A stretch of DNA of 50,291 nt from Poseidonia sp. (lineage in GTDB: Archaea; Thermoplasmatota; Poseidoniia; Poseidoniales; Poseidoniaceae). Both the position numbers and the translations under genes were made by a program. Where the stretch lies: NCBI GenBank assembly GCA_965661285.1, contig CBFIDD010000005.1, positions 139,191 to 189,481 on the forward strand. The letters are read 5' to 3'. Below are positions 1-10,491 of this stretch, piece after piece. A model generated the notes under the pieces. The model ran no database searches. It was not told where the DNA came from and was given only the letters and a program-made list of their open reading frames with translations. Every line of letters starts with the position of its first letter. The stretch's first letter is position 1.

Positions 1-3000
1 TACATCCACTCCATTACCAGCTTTTCCGCTCTTGGTGACCAAATGTATTTCCACGTTAATGCGCCAAACGCCAACCTCTACGTGAGCGATGGCACAACAA
101 ATGGAACAACTTCAATCACGCCGTTTACAGGATCCGTAAGTACGTATAACGGCAATTACCTCTACCAACCGGCAGTCATTGCCGACAACACGGTTTTCTT
201 TTTCTCGTGTACTGGAGTGCATCCAACACTTGGCACGATTGGTAATCATTGCCGTGAAGGTGTCGAGTTGATGGCATACGATCCAGTCAACATCACCTTG
301 AACTCTCCTCCATCGATTTCGTGGGAAACTGAACCTCCACTACCTGCAGGCATGAGCATCTCGGGCGGTACGATCAGCGGTACACCTTCGGTCTATGCCA
401 CCAATCAAACCTACACGATTTACGCCAATCAGAGCGGTTATTCGACCACGCACGAATTGTACTTCAGTGTGGATACCACGAACGCTCACACGGTCGTTGA
501 GAACCAAACGATTGATCCAATTGGCTTCCATCCACCGTTCTGGAACGGTACCACCACGTGGACGGTCTCACCTACCTTACCGGGCAACCTCTCCATCGAC
601 GGAAGCACCGGTGAAATCACAGGCATGGTCAACGGAACGCTGGCCCAAACCACCTACACCGTGACCGCCACCCACAACGGCAGCGCCACCGAGACCTTCT
701 CGCTGGATTTGCGAAGCCTTGCGGATTACGACGGTGATGGACTACCAAACGACTTGCCAAGCGATTACGATGCAGCCGAAGGACCAACGCCCGGTCTTGT
801 GGCTGACAGCGACGACGACGGCGACGGTCTTGCCGACAGCATCGAAACGGATACTGGTACCTACATTGACGCCAGTGATACGGGCACCAACCCGCTCAAT
901 CCCGACACCGATGGTGACGGTATTTGCGACGGTCCCAACGCTGTTGCAGGCGTTTGTGTTGCGGGTCCAGACAGCGACCCCAACGGTGCAGGGCAACCAG
1001 CAACCTTGGTGGCCCTCAACAACACCGCCATCACGACACTTTCGCCCTACCTCTCGATATCAGGCGGAACCTACGAGATTGCACCGGACTTGCCTGATGG
1101 ACTGGTGATGGATGCCAACACCGGTGAAATCAGCGGCACGCCAACAGAAACCTCGTCCAACATCACCTACACGGTATGGTCGAACAACTCCAACGGTGAT
1201 TCTCTCTCGTGGAACTTCACCATTGAAATCTTGGAAGACAGCGACGGCGACGGAATGCCAAACGAACTTCCGGGGGATTATGATCCAACCAACCCCGATT
1301 CCCCCGGGCTCACCGAGGACCTCGACGACGACGCTGACGGCGTGCCCGATACCAACGAAACGGATGCGGGCACCAGTCCAACCAATCCCGACAGTGACGG
1401 CGATGGCATGTGCGACGGCCCCAACGCTGTTGGCGGCGTGTGCACGGCCGGCCCCGATGCCTTCCCGCTCGACCCGTCGGCTGACACCGACACGGACGGC
1501 GACGGCCAACCCGACACCATCGATGGCGACTCCACGAGCGTTCCACCGCTGACGGAAGACGAAGACGACGACGGTGACGGCCTTGACGACGTGAACGAGA
1601 CGAACACGGGCATCAACAACGGACCAACCGACACAGGAACCGACCCGCTCGACCCGGACACCGACAACGACGGAATTTGCGACGGTCCCAACGCTGTCTA
1701 TGACGCTCAAGGGACCCTCATCTGTGTGGCCGGTCCTGACACCACACCGTTTGGTGAAGCAGCAGAAGGCGTCGTTTACGGCTTGAACAACACCTTGTTC
1801 AGCAGCCTCGTGCCTCCGTATCAACTGCCTGGTGCTGCATGGAGTATTTCTCCAGACTTGCCTGATGGATTGAACATCGACCCGGTCAGTGGTATCATCA
1901 GCGGTACACCCACCGAAGCGACGACGAACATCACCTACACCATTTCGGGCATCACCGATACCTCATCCATCACCTTTGATTTCAACTTGCAAATTTTGGA
2001 AGACACCGACCGAGACGGTTTGCCCAACGAACTGCCCGACGACTATCCCCGTGACGGTGAGTTGGTCGAAGACTTGGACGACGACGGCGACGGTGCCTCT
2101 GACCTGTCCGAGACGGGCACAGGCATCTACAACGGCACCGGCGACCTTGGTACGGATTCCTTGAACCCCGACACGGACGGCGACGGTATCTGCGACGGAC
2201 CCAACGCTGTTCCACCGGTCTGTTTGGCCGGTCCAGATTCCAACCCTGTGGGTACGGGACCACTCGGCCCAACCGTGCTGGTCAACAACACCGAGACGAC
2301 GCCGATCAACCCGCCCAACGCCGTTTCCGGCGCTACGTGGGAAGTCTCCCCCGACCTGCCCGACGGCCTGGTGCTCGACCCTGCGACCGGTATCATCACC
2401 GGTACGCCGACCCAAGCGATGGAGAACACGACCTACACGATTTGGGCCAACACGACCGACCCTGCGTTCTCGATTGAAGCCATGTTCTGGCTTGAGATTC
2501 TGGAGGACTTCGACGGCGACGGCATGCCCGACCAGCTGCCCGACGACTACCCCGACACGGGCGTTGAGCCTTACACCCTCATCGAGGACGAGGACGACGA
2601 CAACGACGGCATGTCCGACACCAACGAGAGCATCATCGGCACCGACCCACGCAACCCAGACACCGACGGTGATGGCTTCTGTGACGGTCCTGGAACTGGC
2701 GACGGCGCCTGCTACGCTGGCCCCGACTCCTCGCCGCTCGACCCGGCCCTTCCCGTGAACACCGACGGCGATGCCTACCCCGACGAGGACCCTGACGGTC
2801 CTGGCGGCCTCATCGCTGACGACGACGACGACAACGACGGCTACCTCGACACGACCGAAACGGCATGCAACAGCGAACCGCTCAACGCCACCAGCATCCC
2901 TGACGACATGGACGGCGACGGCATCTGTGACCTGATGGATGATGACATGGACGGCGACGGCATTCCCAACGAGGACGAACTCGGCCTGCCCATCGACACC

Positions 3001-5715
3001 AGCCCGTCCAACCCGGACAGCGACGGTGATGATGTGTGCGACGGTCCCGAAGCGCCCGCCAACGGCGGCTGCGTGGCCGGTCCCGACGCCTTCCCGCTCG
3101 ACCCGGCCGGTGCCAAGGACACCGACGGTGACGGCAAGCCCGACCAGTTGGCGCCCGGTGTGACCTCGACGAGCCAGCCCCCCCTGGTGGAGGACTTGGA
3201 CGATGATGACGACACGTGGTCGGACGCCGACGAACTCGCTTGCGGCACCTCGAGTCCAGTGGACGCGGCCAGCGTACCCGCGGACACGGACGGCGACGGC
3301 ATCTGCGATGTGCTCGACCCCTACCTCGACCTGCCGTTCACGCTGGAGTACCCCACGCAATACGTGGACCTCTTCGTGAACCGCACGATGGAGCCGCTCC
3401 TGCCGTTCCTGAACGGCAGCGGTGAGGTCGTCTCGTGGGAACTTGAAGGGGAACTGCCCGAAGGCCTGACCTTCGGTTGGAGCCCGGCGCGAGACGCCAC
3501 CATGGACGGCAGCATCCGCGGCACGCCCGTGAACGCCACCGAGACGGTGAACCTGACCGTGTGGGCGAACAACTCGTTCTACAGCGAATCCTTTGCGCTC
3601 TCCTTGACCGTGTTCAACGACTCGGACAACGACAGCCTGCCCGACCAACTGCCAGAAGGCTACGTGGGCAACCTGACCGAGGACACCGACGACGACAACG
3701 ATGGATTCTCCGACGCTCAAGAAACCGAGTGCGGCTCCGACCCCAACAACAACATGTCGGGCCAAGAGAGCTGGCTGGCCGTTTGTCTGTCTTCTGATGG
3801 CGACGGTCCCGACGACGACGGCGTGAACTGGATGTGGTGTTTCCCGTGCCTGCTTCTCCTGTTGCTCTTGCTCATCATCCCGCTGTTGATTGGACGCGAC
3901 CGCTTCCTGGTGATGCTATCCGACGGCCCCGAGCCCGAGAACACCTTTGCTGAGCCCGACTTCACGGCCGGTTCGGGAACCGAGGATGACCCGTTCATCC
4001 TCGCTCCGGTCGGACCGCTGCAACCCGGTACGATGGAATCCACGGTGGAAGAGGTCACCATCACGAACATGGGTGACATCAAGGTCGACATGTTCGACTT
4101 CAACGACGAAGAGAACTACGGTCGCTTCACGATGTACGAGTCGGCCTTCAGCATGGAAGGCTCCCGTCAGTTGCCCGTGGGCAAGGACGGTGAGATGGTC
4201 ATCAATTTCAAGTTTGACGACCGTGAATTCCCGACCTACGAAGGCGGCACCTACACCGGCCTCATCAAGTTGGGCAAAGCCAGCGTGTACTTCCTCTGGG
4301 AAGTCACCATCATGGCTGACGAGCGCAAGGCAGAGAACGTCAAGAAGCAGACCATGAGCCGCATCAAGAAGCGAAAGAAGGACTTCAACTTCGACCGCAT
4401 CGGCAAGGCGACCAAGAAGGATGCTGACGACCTGCAAGCCATCAAGGGCATCGGCCCGTACAGCGAAGAGAAGCTCAACGCGCTGGGCATCTTCACCTAC
4501 GAGCAACTGGCTCACTTTGACCGCGAGACGGAAGACGAGGTCAACGACGCCATCGAGCACTACAAGGGACGCATCCGTCGCGACGAGTGGGTCAAGCAGG
4601 CCCAGGAGATCATCGGTGCGCAAGCCAAGGCTGACGAAGAGGCCTTGAAGGCCGCTGAGGAAGCCCAGGCCAAGGCCGAAGCCGAAGCCAAGGCCGCCGA
4701 AGAAGCGGAAGCCGCTGCCAAGGCCGCTGTGGAGGCGAAAGCTGCCAAGAAGGCCGAAGAGGAAGCCGCCGCCAAGGCTGCTGAGGAAGAAGCCGCTGCT
4801 GCCGCCGCTGCCGAGGCCGACAAGAAGGCCAAGGAAGAGGCCGCTGCCAAGAAGAAGGCGGAAGCCGAAGCCAAGAAGGCAAAGGCTGCTGAAGAAAAGG
4901 CTGCCAAGGATGCTGAGAAGAAGGCGAAGGCCGAGGCTGACAAGAAGGCCAAGGAAGAAGCCGCTGCAAAGAAGAAGGCGGAAGCCGAAGCCAAGAAGGC
5001 AAAGGCTGAGGCCGACAAGAAGGCCAAGGAAGAAGCCGCTGCTGCTGCCGCTGCCAAGAAGGCTGAGGAAGAGGCCAAGAAGGCCGCTGCTGCCAAGCCC
5101 GCCAACAAAGAGGAGAAGAAGAAGGCCGAACTGAAGCGTGTCAAAGAGCGCTCCAAGTCGATTGACTTCAAGATCCTCGGTACGGCCAAGGCCAGCGAAA
5201 AGGACGACCTTCAGGTCATCAAGGGCATCGGACCGTTCATCGAAGAGAAGTTGAACGCCTTGGGCATCTACACCTACTTGCAAATCAGCAAGATGACGGC
5301 CAAACTTGAGACACAGGTCAACGAAGCCATCGAGTTCTTCCCAGGACGTGTCAAGCGAGACCAGTGGGTGAACCAGGCCAAGATCTTGCTCGGTGAAGAC
5401 GCGAAGTTGGACGAGAAGGCGCTCAAGCAGGCCGAAGAACTCGAACGGATTGCCAAGAAGGCTGAGAAGATTGACTTCGCCACGCTCGGTGTGGCCTCCG
5501 CTTCAGAAAAGGACGATCTGAAAGCCATCAAGGGCATCGGGCCGTTCATCGAAGAGAAGTTGAACGCACTGGGCATCTACACCTTTGAGCAAGTTAGCAA
5601 GATGACGGCGAAGATCGAAGAAGAGGTCAACGTGGCCATCGAGTTCTTCCCCGGTCGTGTCAAGCGCGACCAGTGGGCCAAGCAGGCCAAGAAGTTGCAC
5701 AAGGACAAGAAGTGA
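1..5715 (+). CDS. Giant membrane-anchored surface protein, 5'-truncated: ELWxxDGT-like repeat, putative Ig (He_PIG) domains, thrombospondin type-3-like Ca-binding repeats, one TM helix, C-terminal Ala/Lys/Glu linker and 3 helix-hairpin-helix domains
   Basis: Frame is open from base 1. Motifs: LYVSDGT; repeated P-LP-GL-ID--TG-ISGTP; DxDxDG repeats; hydrophobic WMWCFPCLLLLLLLLIIPLL; three DDLxxIKGIGPxxEEKLNALGI motifs. Confidence 0.85.
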   Translation, partial: YIHSITSFSALGDQMYFHVNAPNANLYVSDGTTNGTTSITPFTGSVSTYNGNYLYQPAVIADNTVFFFSCTGVHPTLGTIGNHCREGVELMAYDPVNITLNSPPSISWETEPPLPAGMSISGGTISGTPSVYATNQTYTIYANQSGYSTTHELYFSVDTTNAHTVVENQTIDPIGFHPPFWNGTTTWTVSPTLPGNLSIDGSTGEITGMVNGTLAQTTYTVTATHNGSATETFSLDLRSLADYDGDGLPNDLPSDYDAAEGPTPGLVADSDDDGDGLADSIETDTGTYIDASDTGTNPLNPDTDGDGICDGPNAVAGVCVAGPDSDPNGAGQPATLVALNNTAITTLSPYLSISGGTYEIAPDLPDGLVMDANTGEISGTPTETSSNITYTVWSNNSNGDSLSWNFTIEILEDSDGDGMPNELPGDYDPTNPDSPGLTEDLDDDADGVPDTNETDAGTSPTNPDSDGDGMCDGPNAVGGVCTAGPDAFPLDPSADTDTDGDGQPDTIDGDSTSVPPLTEDEDDDGDGLDDVNETNTGINNGPTDTGTDPLDPDTDNDGICDGPNAVYDAQGTLICVAGPDTTPFGEAAEGVVYGLNNTLFSSLVPPYQLPGAAWSISPDLPDGLNIDPVSGIISGTPTEATTNITYTISGITDTSSITFDFNLQILEDTDRDGLPNELPDDYPRDGELVEDLDDDGDGASDLSETGTGIYNGTGDLGTDSLNPDTDGDGICDGPNAVPPVCLAGPDSNPVGTGPLGPTVLVNNTETTPINPPNAVSGATWEVSPDLPDGLVLDPATGIITGTPTQAMENTTYTIWANTTDPAFSIEAMFWLEILEDFDGDGMPDQLPDDYPDTGVEPYTLIEDEDDDNDGMSDTNESIIGTDPRNPDTDGDGFCDGPGTGDGACYAGPDSSPLDPALPVNTDGDAYPDEDPDGPGGLIADDDDDNDGYLDTTETACNSEPLNATSIPDDMDGDGICDLMDDDMDGDGIPNEDELGLPIDTSPSNPDSDGDDVCDGPEAPANGGCVAGPDAFPLDPAGAKDTDGDGKPDQLAPGVTSTSQPPLVEDLDDDDDTWSDADELACGTSSPVDAASVPADTDGDGICDVLDPYLDLPFTLEYPTQYVDLFVNRTMEPLLPFLNGSGEVVSWELEGELPEGLTFGWSPARDATMDGSIRGTPVNATETVNLTVWANNSFYSESFALSLTVFNDSDNDSLPDQLPEGYVGNLTEDTDDDNDGFSDAQETECGSDPNNNMSGQESWLAVCLSSDGDGPDDDGVNWMWCFPCLLLLLLLLIIPLLIGRDRFLVMLSDGPEPENTFAEPDFTAGSGTEDDPFILAPVGPLQPGTMESTVEEVTITNMGDIKVDMFDFNDEENYGRFTMYESAFSMEGSRQLPVGKDGEMVINFKFDDREFPTYEGGTYTGLIKLGKASVYFLWEVTIMADERKAENVKKQTMSRIKKRKKDFNFDRIGKATKKDADDLQAIKGIGPYSEEKLNALGIFTYEQLAHFDRETEDEVNDAIEHYKGRIRRDEWVKQAQEIIGAQAKADEEALKAAEEAQAKAEAEAKAAEEAEAAAKAAVEAKAAKKAEEEAAAKAAEEEAAAAAAAEADKKAKEEAAAKKKAEAEAKKAKAAEEKAAKDAEKKAKAEADKKAKEEAAAKKKAEAEAKKAKAEADKKAKEEAAAAAAAKKAEEEAKKAAAAKPANKEEKKKAELKRVKERSKSIDFKILGTAKASEKDDLQVIKGIGPFIEEKLNALGIYTYLQISKMTAKLETQVNEAIEFFPGRVKRDQWVNQAKILLGEDAKLDEKALKQAEELERIAKKAEKIDFATLGVASASEKDDLKAIKGIGPFIEEKLNALGIYTFEQVSKMTAKIEEEVNVAIEFFPGRVKRDQWAKQAKKLHKDKK

Positions 5716-5861
5716 AGCGCATCGGCCCTGAAGGCAGAGACGCCACCACCATCCTGTTGAGCGAAAGCGAGGTCCTTTGCACCAGCGGAGGAGCCATCGT
5801 GCAGTTCGCTCGCTGAGTCGCCGATAAGAAGCGATATATGCACAAGAAGGGAGGCAGGAGC

Positions 5862-6614
5862 ATGGGGGACAACGAGGATCTCATACGCCGTATGAATGAA
5901 ATCAATTGGTTCCACTCCATTCCTATCCGAGACGGTATCGTCACGCCAGGCCAGGACAACTCCATGGACAAGTTGGGTCAAGTTTGCCTTCCTGAGGACC
6001 TCACGGGTAAGACCGTGCTCGATATCGGTGCATGGGACGGTTTCTTCTCCTTCCAAGCCGAACGCAACGGCGCCAAGCGTGTGCTGGCCACCGACCACTT
6101 CTGCTGGAGCGGGCCCGGATGGGGAAGCAAATCCGGCTTTGACCTCGTCCATGAAACCTTGAATTCCAAGGTCGAGAGCCTGGACATTGACGCGATGGCC
6201 ATCACCCCAGAAAAGGTCGGGAAGTTTGACGTCGTCCTCTTTTTGGGCGTTCTCTACCACCTCCAAGACCCGATGGGCGGACTTCGTGTCGCTTCTGAGG
6301 TGTGCGATGAGTTGCTCATCATTGAAACACACGTGGACGACCTTCACCGCTGGAAGCCCTCGATGGTGTACTTCCCAGGCGATTCCCTGAACAACGACGA
6401 CACCAACTACTGGGCACCCAACGTGGCCGCCATGAAGGGGATGCTGAAGGACCTCGGCTTCTCTCGTGTAGAAGTCGTCTACCCCAAGCGCCCTTGGCTT
6501 CGCTACGCTTGGCCCGTCCGCTTCCTCTCGTCCATCAAGGGCATGATTCAGCGACGAGAATCCTTCCGTCAAACCATCAATCAAGGACGGATGTCCTTCC
6601 ACGCCTACCGCTGA
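5862..6614 (+). CDS. Class I SAM-dependent methyltransferase (DUF1698/CmoB-like)
   Basis: VLDIGAWDGFFSF motif I and FDVVLFLGVLYHLQDP. Start placed at ATG 5862 after a GGAGG/GGAG tract. Confidence 0.8.
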   Translation: MGDNEDLIRRMNEINWFHSIPIRDGIVTPGQDNSMDKLGQVCLPEDLTGKTVLDIGAWDGFFSFQAERNGAKRVLATDHFCWSGPGWGSKSGFDLVHETLNSKVESLDIDAMAITPEKVGKFDVVLFLGVLYHLQDPMGGLRVASEVCDELLIIETHVDDLHRWKPSMVYFPGDSLNNDDTNYWAPNVAAMKGMLKDLGFSRVEVVYPKRPWLRYAWPVRFLSSIKGMIQRRESFRQTINQGRMSFHAYR

Positions 6615-6712
6615 GGCCTTCGTTTTCTCTGCCGAAGGCGTTGAGTGTCCGCCAAAATCTTCGATGATGGGCGAGCGATAGACTTCAAGAGGGGCGGACA
6701 AGTCGCCGCACC

Positions 6713-7987
6713 ATGGACGACTTGGACAAGGGTGACAACTACACCGTTCGCGATATGGGACTTGCAGAAAACGGGGCATTGCTCGTTGATTGGGCCCGAG
6801 CTCGTATGCCGGTGCTCGCCAAACTCAAGGAAGAAGCCGAGCAAACCAAGCCTCTTGCAGGGATGCGAGTGGCTGGCTGCCTTCACGTGACCAAGGAAAC
6901 GGCGGTGCTCATCGAGGCCATCCGAGCCGCCGGTGCTGAAATCTCCTGGTCGGGCTGCAACCCGCTCTCGACCCAAGATGAAGTGGCTGCTTGGCTCGCC
7001 AGCGAAGGCTACTCCGTTCACGCCTGGCACGGCCAATCCACCGAGGATTTCTACTGGTGCATCGACAAGACGCTCGAGTTCAAGCCCACGCTCACCCTCG
7101 ACGACGGCGCCGACCTCATCGTTCGCGTCCACGGCGACAAGTCCGAGTACGCAGAAGGCGTCATTGGTGGCACCGAAGAAACGACTACCGGCGTTCACCG
7201 ACTGCGAGCCATGGCCGCCGCTGGCGACCTGCGCTACCCCGTCATCGCCGTCAACGACGCCGTGACCAAGTGGGATTTCGACAACGTCTACGGGACCGGT
7301 CAGTCCACCCTTGACGGTATTTTGCGAGCCACCAGCGTCTTGCTCGCTGGCAAGACTTTCGTCGTGTCAGGATTTGGCCACTGCGGAAGCGGTGTCGCCA
7401 TGCGTGCCCGCGGCATGGGCGCCAATGTCATCATCACCGAAGTTGACCCGCTCCCCGCCCTTCGTGCTGTCATGGAAGGCTACCGTGTCATGCCGATGGA
7501 CGAAGCGGCCAAACTCGGCGATATTTTCTGCACCGCTACCGGCATGGAAGATGTCATCGTTGGACGCCACTTTGCGTCCATGAAAGACGGGGCCATCGTC
7601 TGCAACACCGGCCATTACGACTGTGAAATCAAGATCACGGACCTTGAAGCTCAAGCCAAGTCGGTGCGCACCATCCGTCAGGACAACGAGGAATTCCTCA
7701 TGCCCGACGGCCGCCGCATATTCTTGCTCGCTCGAGGCCGTTTGGTCAACCTCGCTGCCGCTGAAGGTCATCCCTCGGAAGTCATGGACATGTCCTTTGC
7801 CAACCAGTTCCTTTCCCTGTGCCGCTTGGCCAAGGACGGCGCTTCGATGGGCAAGGAAGTCTACGACATCACGACCGAACAAGACCAAGATTTGGCCACC
7901 ACCAAATTGGAAACCCTCGGTTTTGCCATCGACAAGCTCACTGACGCCCAACTCGCCTACCTGGACGATTACACCGTCGGTACGTGA
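6713..7987 (+). CDS. ahcY: Adenosylhomocysteinase
   Basis: GCLHVTKETA, SGCNPLSTQD, EETTTGVHRL, FDNVYGTGQS, GRLVNLAAAEGHPSEVMDMSFANQ. Confidence 0.97.
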   Translation: MDDLDKGDNYTVRDMGLAENGALLVDWARARMPVLAKLKEEAEQTKPLAGMRVAGCLHVTKETAVLIEAIRAAGAEISWSGCNPLSTQDEVAAWLASEGYSVHAWHGQSTEDFYWCIDKTLEFKPTLTLDDGADLIVRVHGDKSEYAEGVIGGTEETTTGVHRLRAMAAAGDLRYPVIAVNDAVTKWDFDNVYGTGQSTLDGILRATSVLLAGKTFVVSGFGHCGSGVAMRARGMGANVIITEVDPLPALRAVMEGYRVMPMDEAAKLGDIFCTATGMEDVIVGRHFASMKDGAIVCNTGHYDCEIKITDLEAQAKSVRTIRQDNEEFLMPDGRRIFLLARGRLVNLAAAEGHPSEVMDMSFANQFLSLCRLAKDGASMGKEVYDITTEQDQDLATTKLETLGFAIDKLTDAQLAYLDDYTVGT

Positions 7988-8098
7988 TACTGACTTTGTC
8001 CGTTGAATCGGGCACTCTCCCTCGGGATGGCCTGCCCGCGTAATGGGATTTTACGAGCACAGCAATTCTTGATATAGAGGGGCCAAGAGGGCCTCTCC

Positions 8099-9343
8099 AT
8101 GACACAAGCATGGTTGTTCACCTCAGAATCGGTGGCCGCAGGCCATCCCGACAAGTTGTGCGATGCGATTTCTGACGCCATCGTCGATGCGTGTTTGGCC
8201 CTCGACCCCAAAGCCAAGGTGGCCGTCGAAACCCTCGTGAAAGGCCGCGAAGACCGTTCTCACATCGTGCTGGCCGGTGAGGTCAAACTCGCTGCTGGCA
8301 TTGAGGCACCGGATTACGTCGCCATCGCTCGTAAGACCGCCGCCGCCATCGGCTACACCTCTCACGGCATTGGCATGGACGCCACCTCCGAGGACTTGTG
8401 CGAAGTCACCGAACTCATCACCAGCCAGTCCGCCCACATCAACCGCGGCGTCGTGCAATCCGTTGACGACCAAGGTGCGGGCGACCAAGGCCTGATGTTC
8501 GGCTACGCCTGCGACGAGACCGAAGCCTACCCCGAGCACCAAGGCCGCTGGATGCCGCTCGCCATCGCCCTCTCCCAAGCCTTGACCCGACAGGTCAGCA
8601 AACTCGGCCTTGACGGCACCCTTCCCTGGGCCCGACCCGATGCCAAATCCCAAGTAACGCTCATGCACGGCGACGACGGCCAACCCATCTACGCTGACAA
8701 CGTCGTCATCGCCGTTCAACACAAGGACATGATCGCCGAACACGGCTCCGAAGAAGCCGAGCAGGCTTTCGTGCGTGAACAGGTCATCGAGCACGTCATT
8801 CGTCCCGTTGTTCCAGCGGCGTTGTTGACCGAGAACACCACCATTCACGTCAACTCCACCGGACGCTTCGCCGACCCCGGTGGCCCCTACGCCGACGCCG
8901 GTTTGACCGGACGGAAGATCATCGTTGACACCTACGGCGGTCGTGGACGACACGGCGGTGGCGCCTTTTCGGGCAAGGACCCGACCAAGGTGGACCGTTC
9001 CGCTGCTTACGCTTCCCGCTGGGCGGCCAAGCACGTGGTCGCCTCAGGCCTGTCCAAGGAATGCGAAATCCAACTCGCTTACGCCATCGGTGTGGCCGAA
9101 CCGGTCAGCATCCGTGTCGACACCTTCGGTACCGGTAAGATTGACGATGACACCATCGCTGACCTCGTTGACGCCCACTTCTCCTTCAAGCCCGGCCACA
9201 TCATTCGAGACCTCGGTCTCGCTGCGCCCATCTACAGCATCACCGCCGCCGGTGGCCACTTTGGACGTCAGCCCAACGGCCCGACCTTCCCGTGGGAGAA
9301 GCTCAACGACGACGTCATCAGCGCGTTCAAGGCTGCGCTTTGA
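8099..9343 (+). CDS. metK: S-adenosylmethionine synthetase, bacterial/eukaryotic type
   Basis: FTSESVAAGHPDKLCD, GAGDQGLMFGYA, GLTGRKIIVDTYGG, GGGAFSGKDPTKVDRSAAY. Confidence 0.97.
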   Translation: MTQAWLFTSESVAAGHPDKLCDAISDAIVDACLALDPKAKVAVETLVKGREDRSHIVLAGEVKLAAGIEAPDYVAIARKTAAAIGYTSHGIGMDATSEDLCEVTELITSQSAHINRGVVQSVDDQGAGDQGLMFGYACDETEAYPEHQGRWMPLAIALSQALTRQVSKLGLDGTLPWARPDAKSQVTLMHGDDGQPIYADNVVIAVQHKDMIAEHGSEEAEQAFVREQVIEHVIRPVVPAALLTENTTIHVNSTGRFADPGGPYADAGLTGRKIIVDTYGGRGRHGGGAFSGKDPTKVDRSAAYASRWAAKHVVASGLSKECEIQLAYAIGVAEPVSIRVDTFGTGKIDDDTIADLVDAHFSFKPGHIIRDLGLAAPIYSITAAGGHFGRQPNGPTFPWEKLNDDVISAFKAAL

Positions 9344-9475
9344 TGGTCCAGTTCCTCCTGTCCGCGCGGTTTTCTCTGCCCATTTGCATGTGCTGGCATG
9401 AGAGCTCGATGTGGAAAACAGTTGCGTAGCCTCCGTTTTGATTAAAACTATAAGCCGAAAGAGAAACTTCAATTC

Positions 9476-10483
9476 ATGGGTTTGATGTTTCGTCGGATAA
9501 AATCTGCTCCCGCAGAAGGCTTGCTGTTGTTAACTACACTTGTGACGGCGGTTTACGCGTTAAATTTCATGTTCGCTTCAGCATGTTACGTGACCGGTGG
9601 TGCCGACGGATGCTTTTCTTTGCTCGACAACGGAGCGACCAGCACCGATGCTGGATGGGGCAAAGGGGCACCCGAATTCGCCTTTAACGGAATTTTGATG
9701 TTCGGCATCATGATGTCCACGCTCCTCATCCTCAACGAGGGTGCCAAGGGCAAGTGGATCATCATGGTCCCGACGCTGATTGGTTTCATCGTAGGAACCG
9801 TGGTACTGTGGACGATGTGGCAAGAAAACGGAACCAGTGAGGCGCCGAAATTTATCACGCCGTTGGTGACGTTGGCTTACGGCGCTGCTTACTTCCTCCT
9901 GCAGCAAGAAGACGAGGTCAACGATGGCCTGAGCGACATCAACATCGGTCTGGGTGTGAAGGACCCCATCGCCATTGGTGGACTTCTCTTTGTCATCGCC
10001 ACCGGCTTGTTCTATGTGTTCCGTCAAATCGTTGACCCAGAGTCTGTTGTTGAGGCCGTTAATGCAGGCGATCTCGCCGCTGGCTTGGGGGCACCTTCAA
10101 CCACCACACTTGCCTTTTCGGGCGCCTTGCTCCTGGTTTACACCCTCTGGGCCTTGCTGGTGTTAACTCAGGGAGCCGAAGGGATGTGGCCCATCGCTCA
10201 TCCGCCCCTCTTTGCCTTCGTAACCGTGGCGATTGCCAATTACTTCGGTTTCGTCTATGGCCCTGTTCGTGAGTTTACAGAGCAAAATCAAATGGACGCC
10301 ATCGCTGGGCCAATGACCCTGCTCGTGTTTTTGGTGGTTTACCTCCGACTGCGAAAGGAGGGTATGGAAGAGGGCATGACCTTCAATGGCGAACCCATGG
10401 ATTCCTCCAGCTTTGATGTGAGTTTCACCGGCGTGGTGGTGGTGATTTCAGCACTGTACTTCGTCGTGAACATGATGGGATAA
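9476..10483 (+). CDS. Uncharacterised polytopic membrane protein with an internal two-fold repeat
   Basis: 335 aa with about 9 hydrophobic segments. The two halves share GAP..AF.G.L..LL.L..GA.G.W.I..P.L..F. Confidence 0.7.
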   Translation: MGLMFRRIKSAPAEGLLLLTTLVTAVYALNFMFASACYVTGGADGCFSLLDNGATSTDAGWGKGAPEFAFNGILMFGIMMSTLLILNEGAKGKWIIMVPTLIGFIVGTVVLWTMWQENGTSEAPKFITPLVTLAYGAAYFLLQQEDEVNDGLSDINIGLGVKDPIAIGGLLFVIATGLFYVFRQIVDPESVVEAVNAGDLAAGLGAPSTTTLAFSGALLLVYTLWALLVLTQGAEGMWPIAHPPLFAFVTVAIANYFGFVYGPVREFTEQNQMDAIAGPMTLLVFLVVYLRLRKEGMEEGMTFNGEPMDSSSFDVSFTGVVVVISALYFVVNMMG

Positions 10484-10491
10484 TCTCTTCC

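Noticed and set aside
1060-5283. Long antisense ORFs (1963-3765, 3916-5283, and similar ones such as 11335-12849, 31072-32331, 39707-40942)
   Set aside because: They are shadows of GC-biased codon usage on the opposite strand of well-supported genes and carry no motifs.
6615-6712. SAH/SAM riboswitch upstream of ahcY; also checked 7988-8098 before metK
   Set aside because: Short inverted repeats exist (GCCTTCG/CGAAGGC, TGTCCGCC/GGCGGACA), but I found no recognisable riboswitch consensus.
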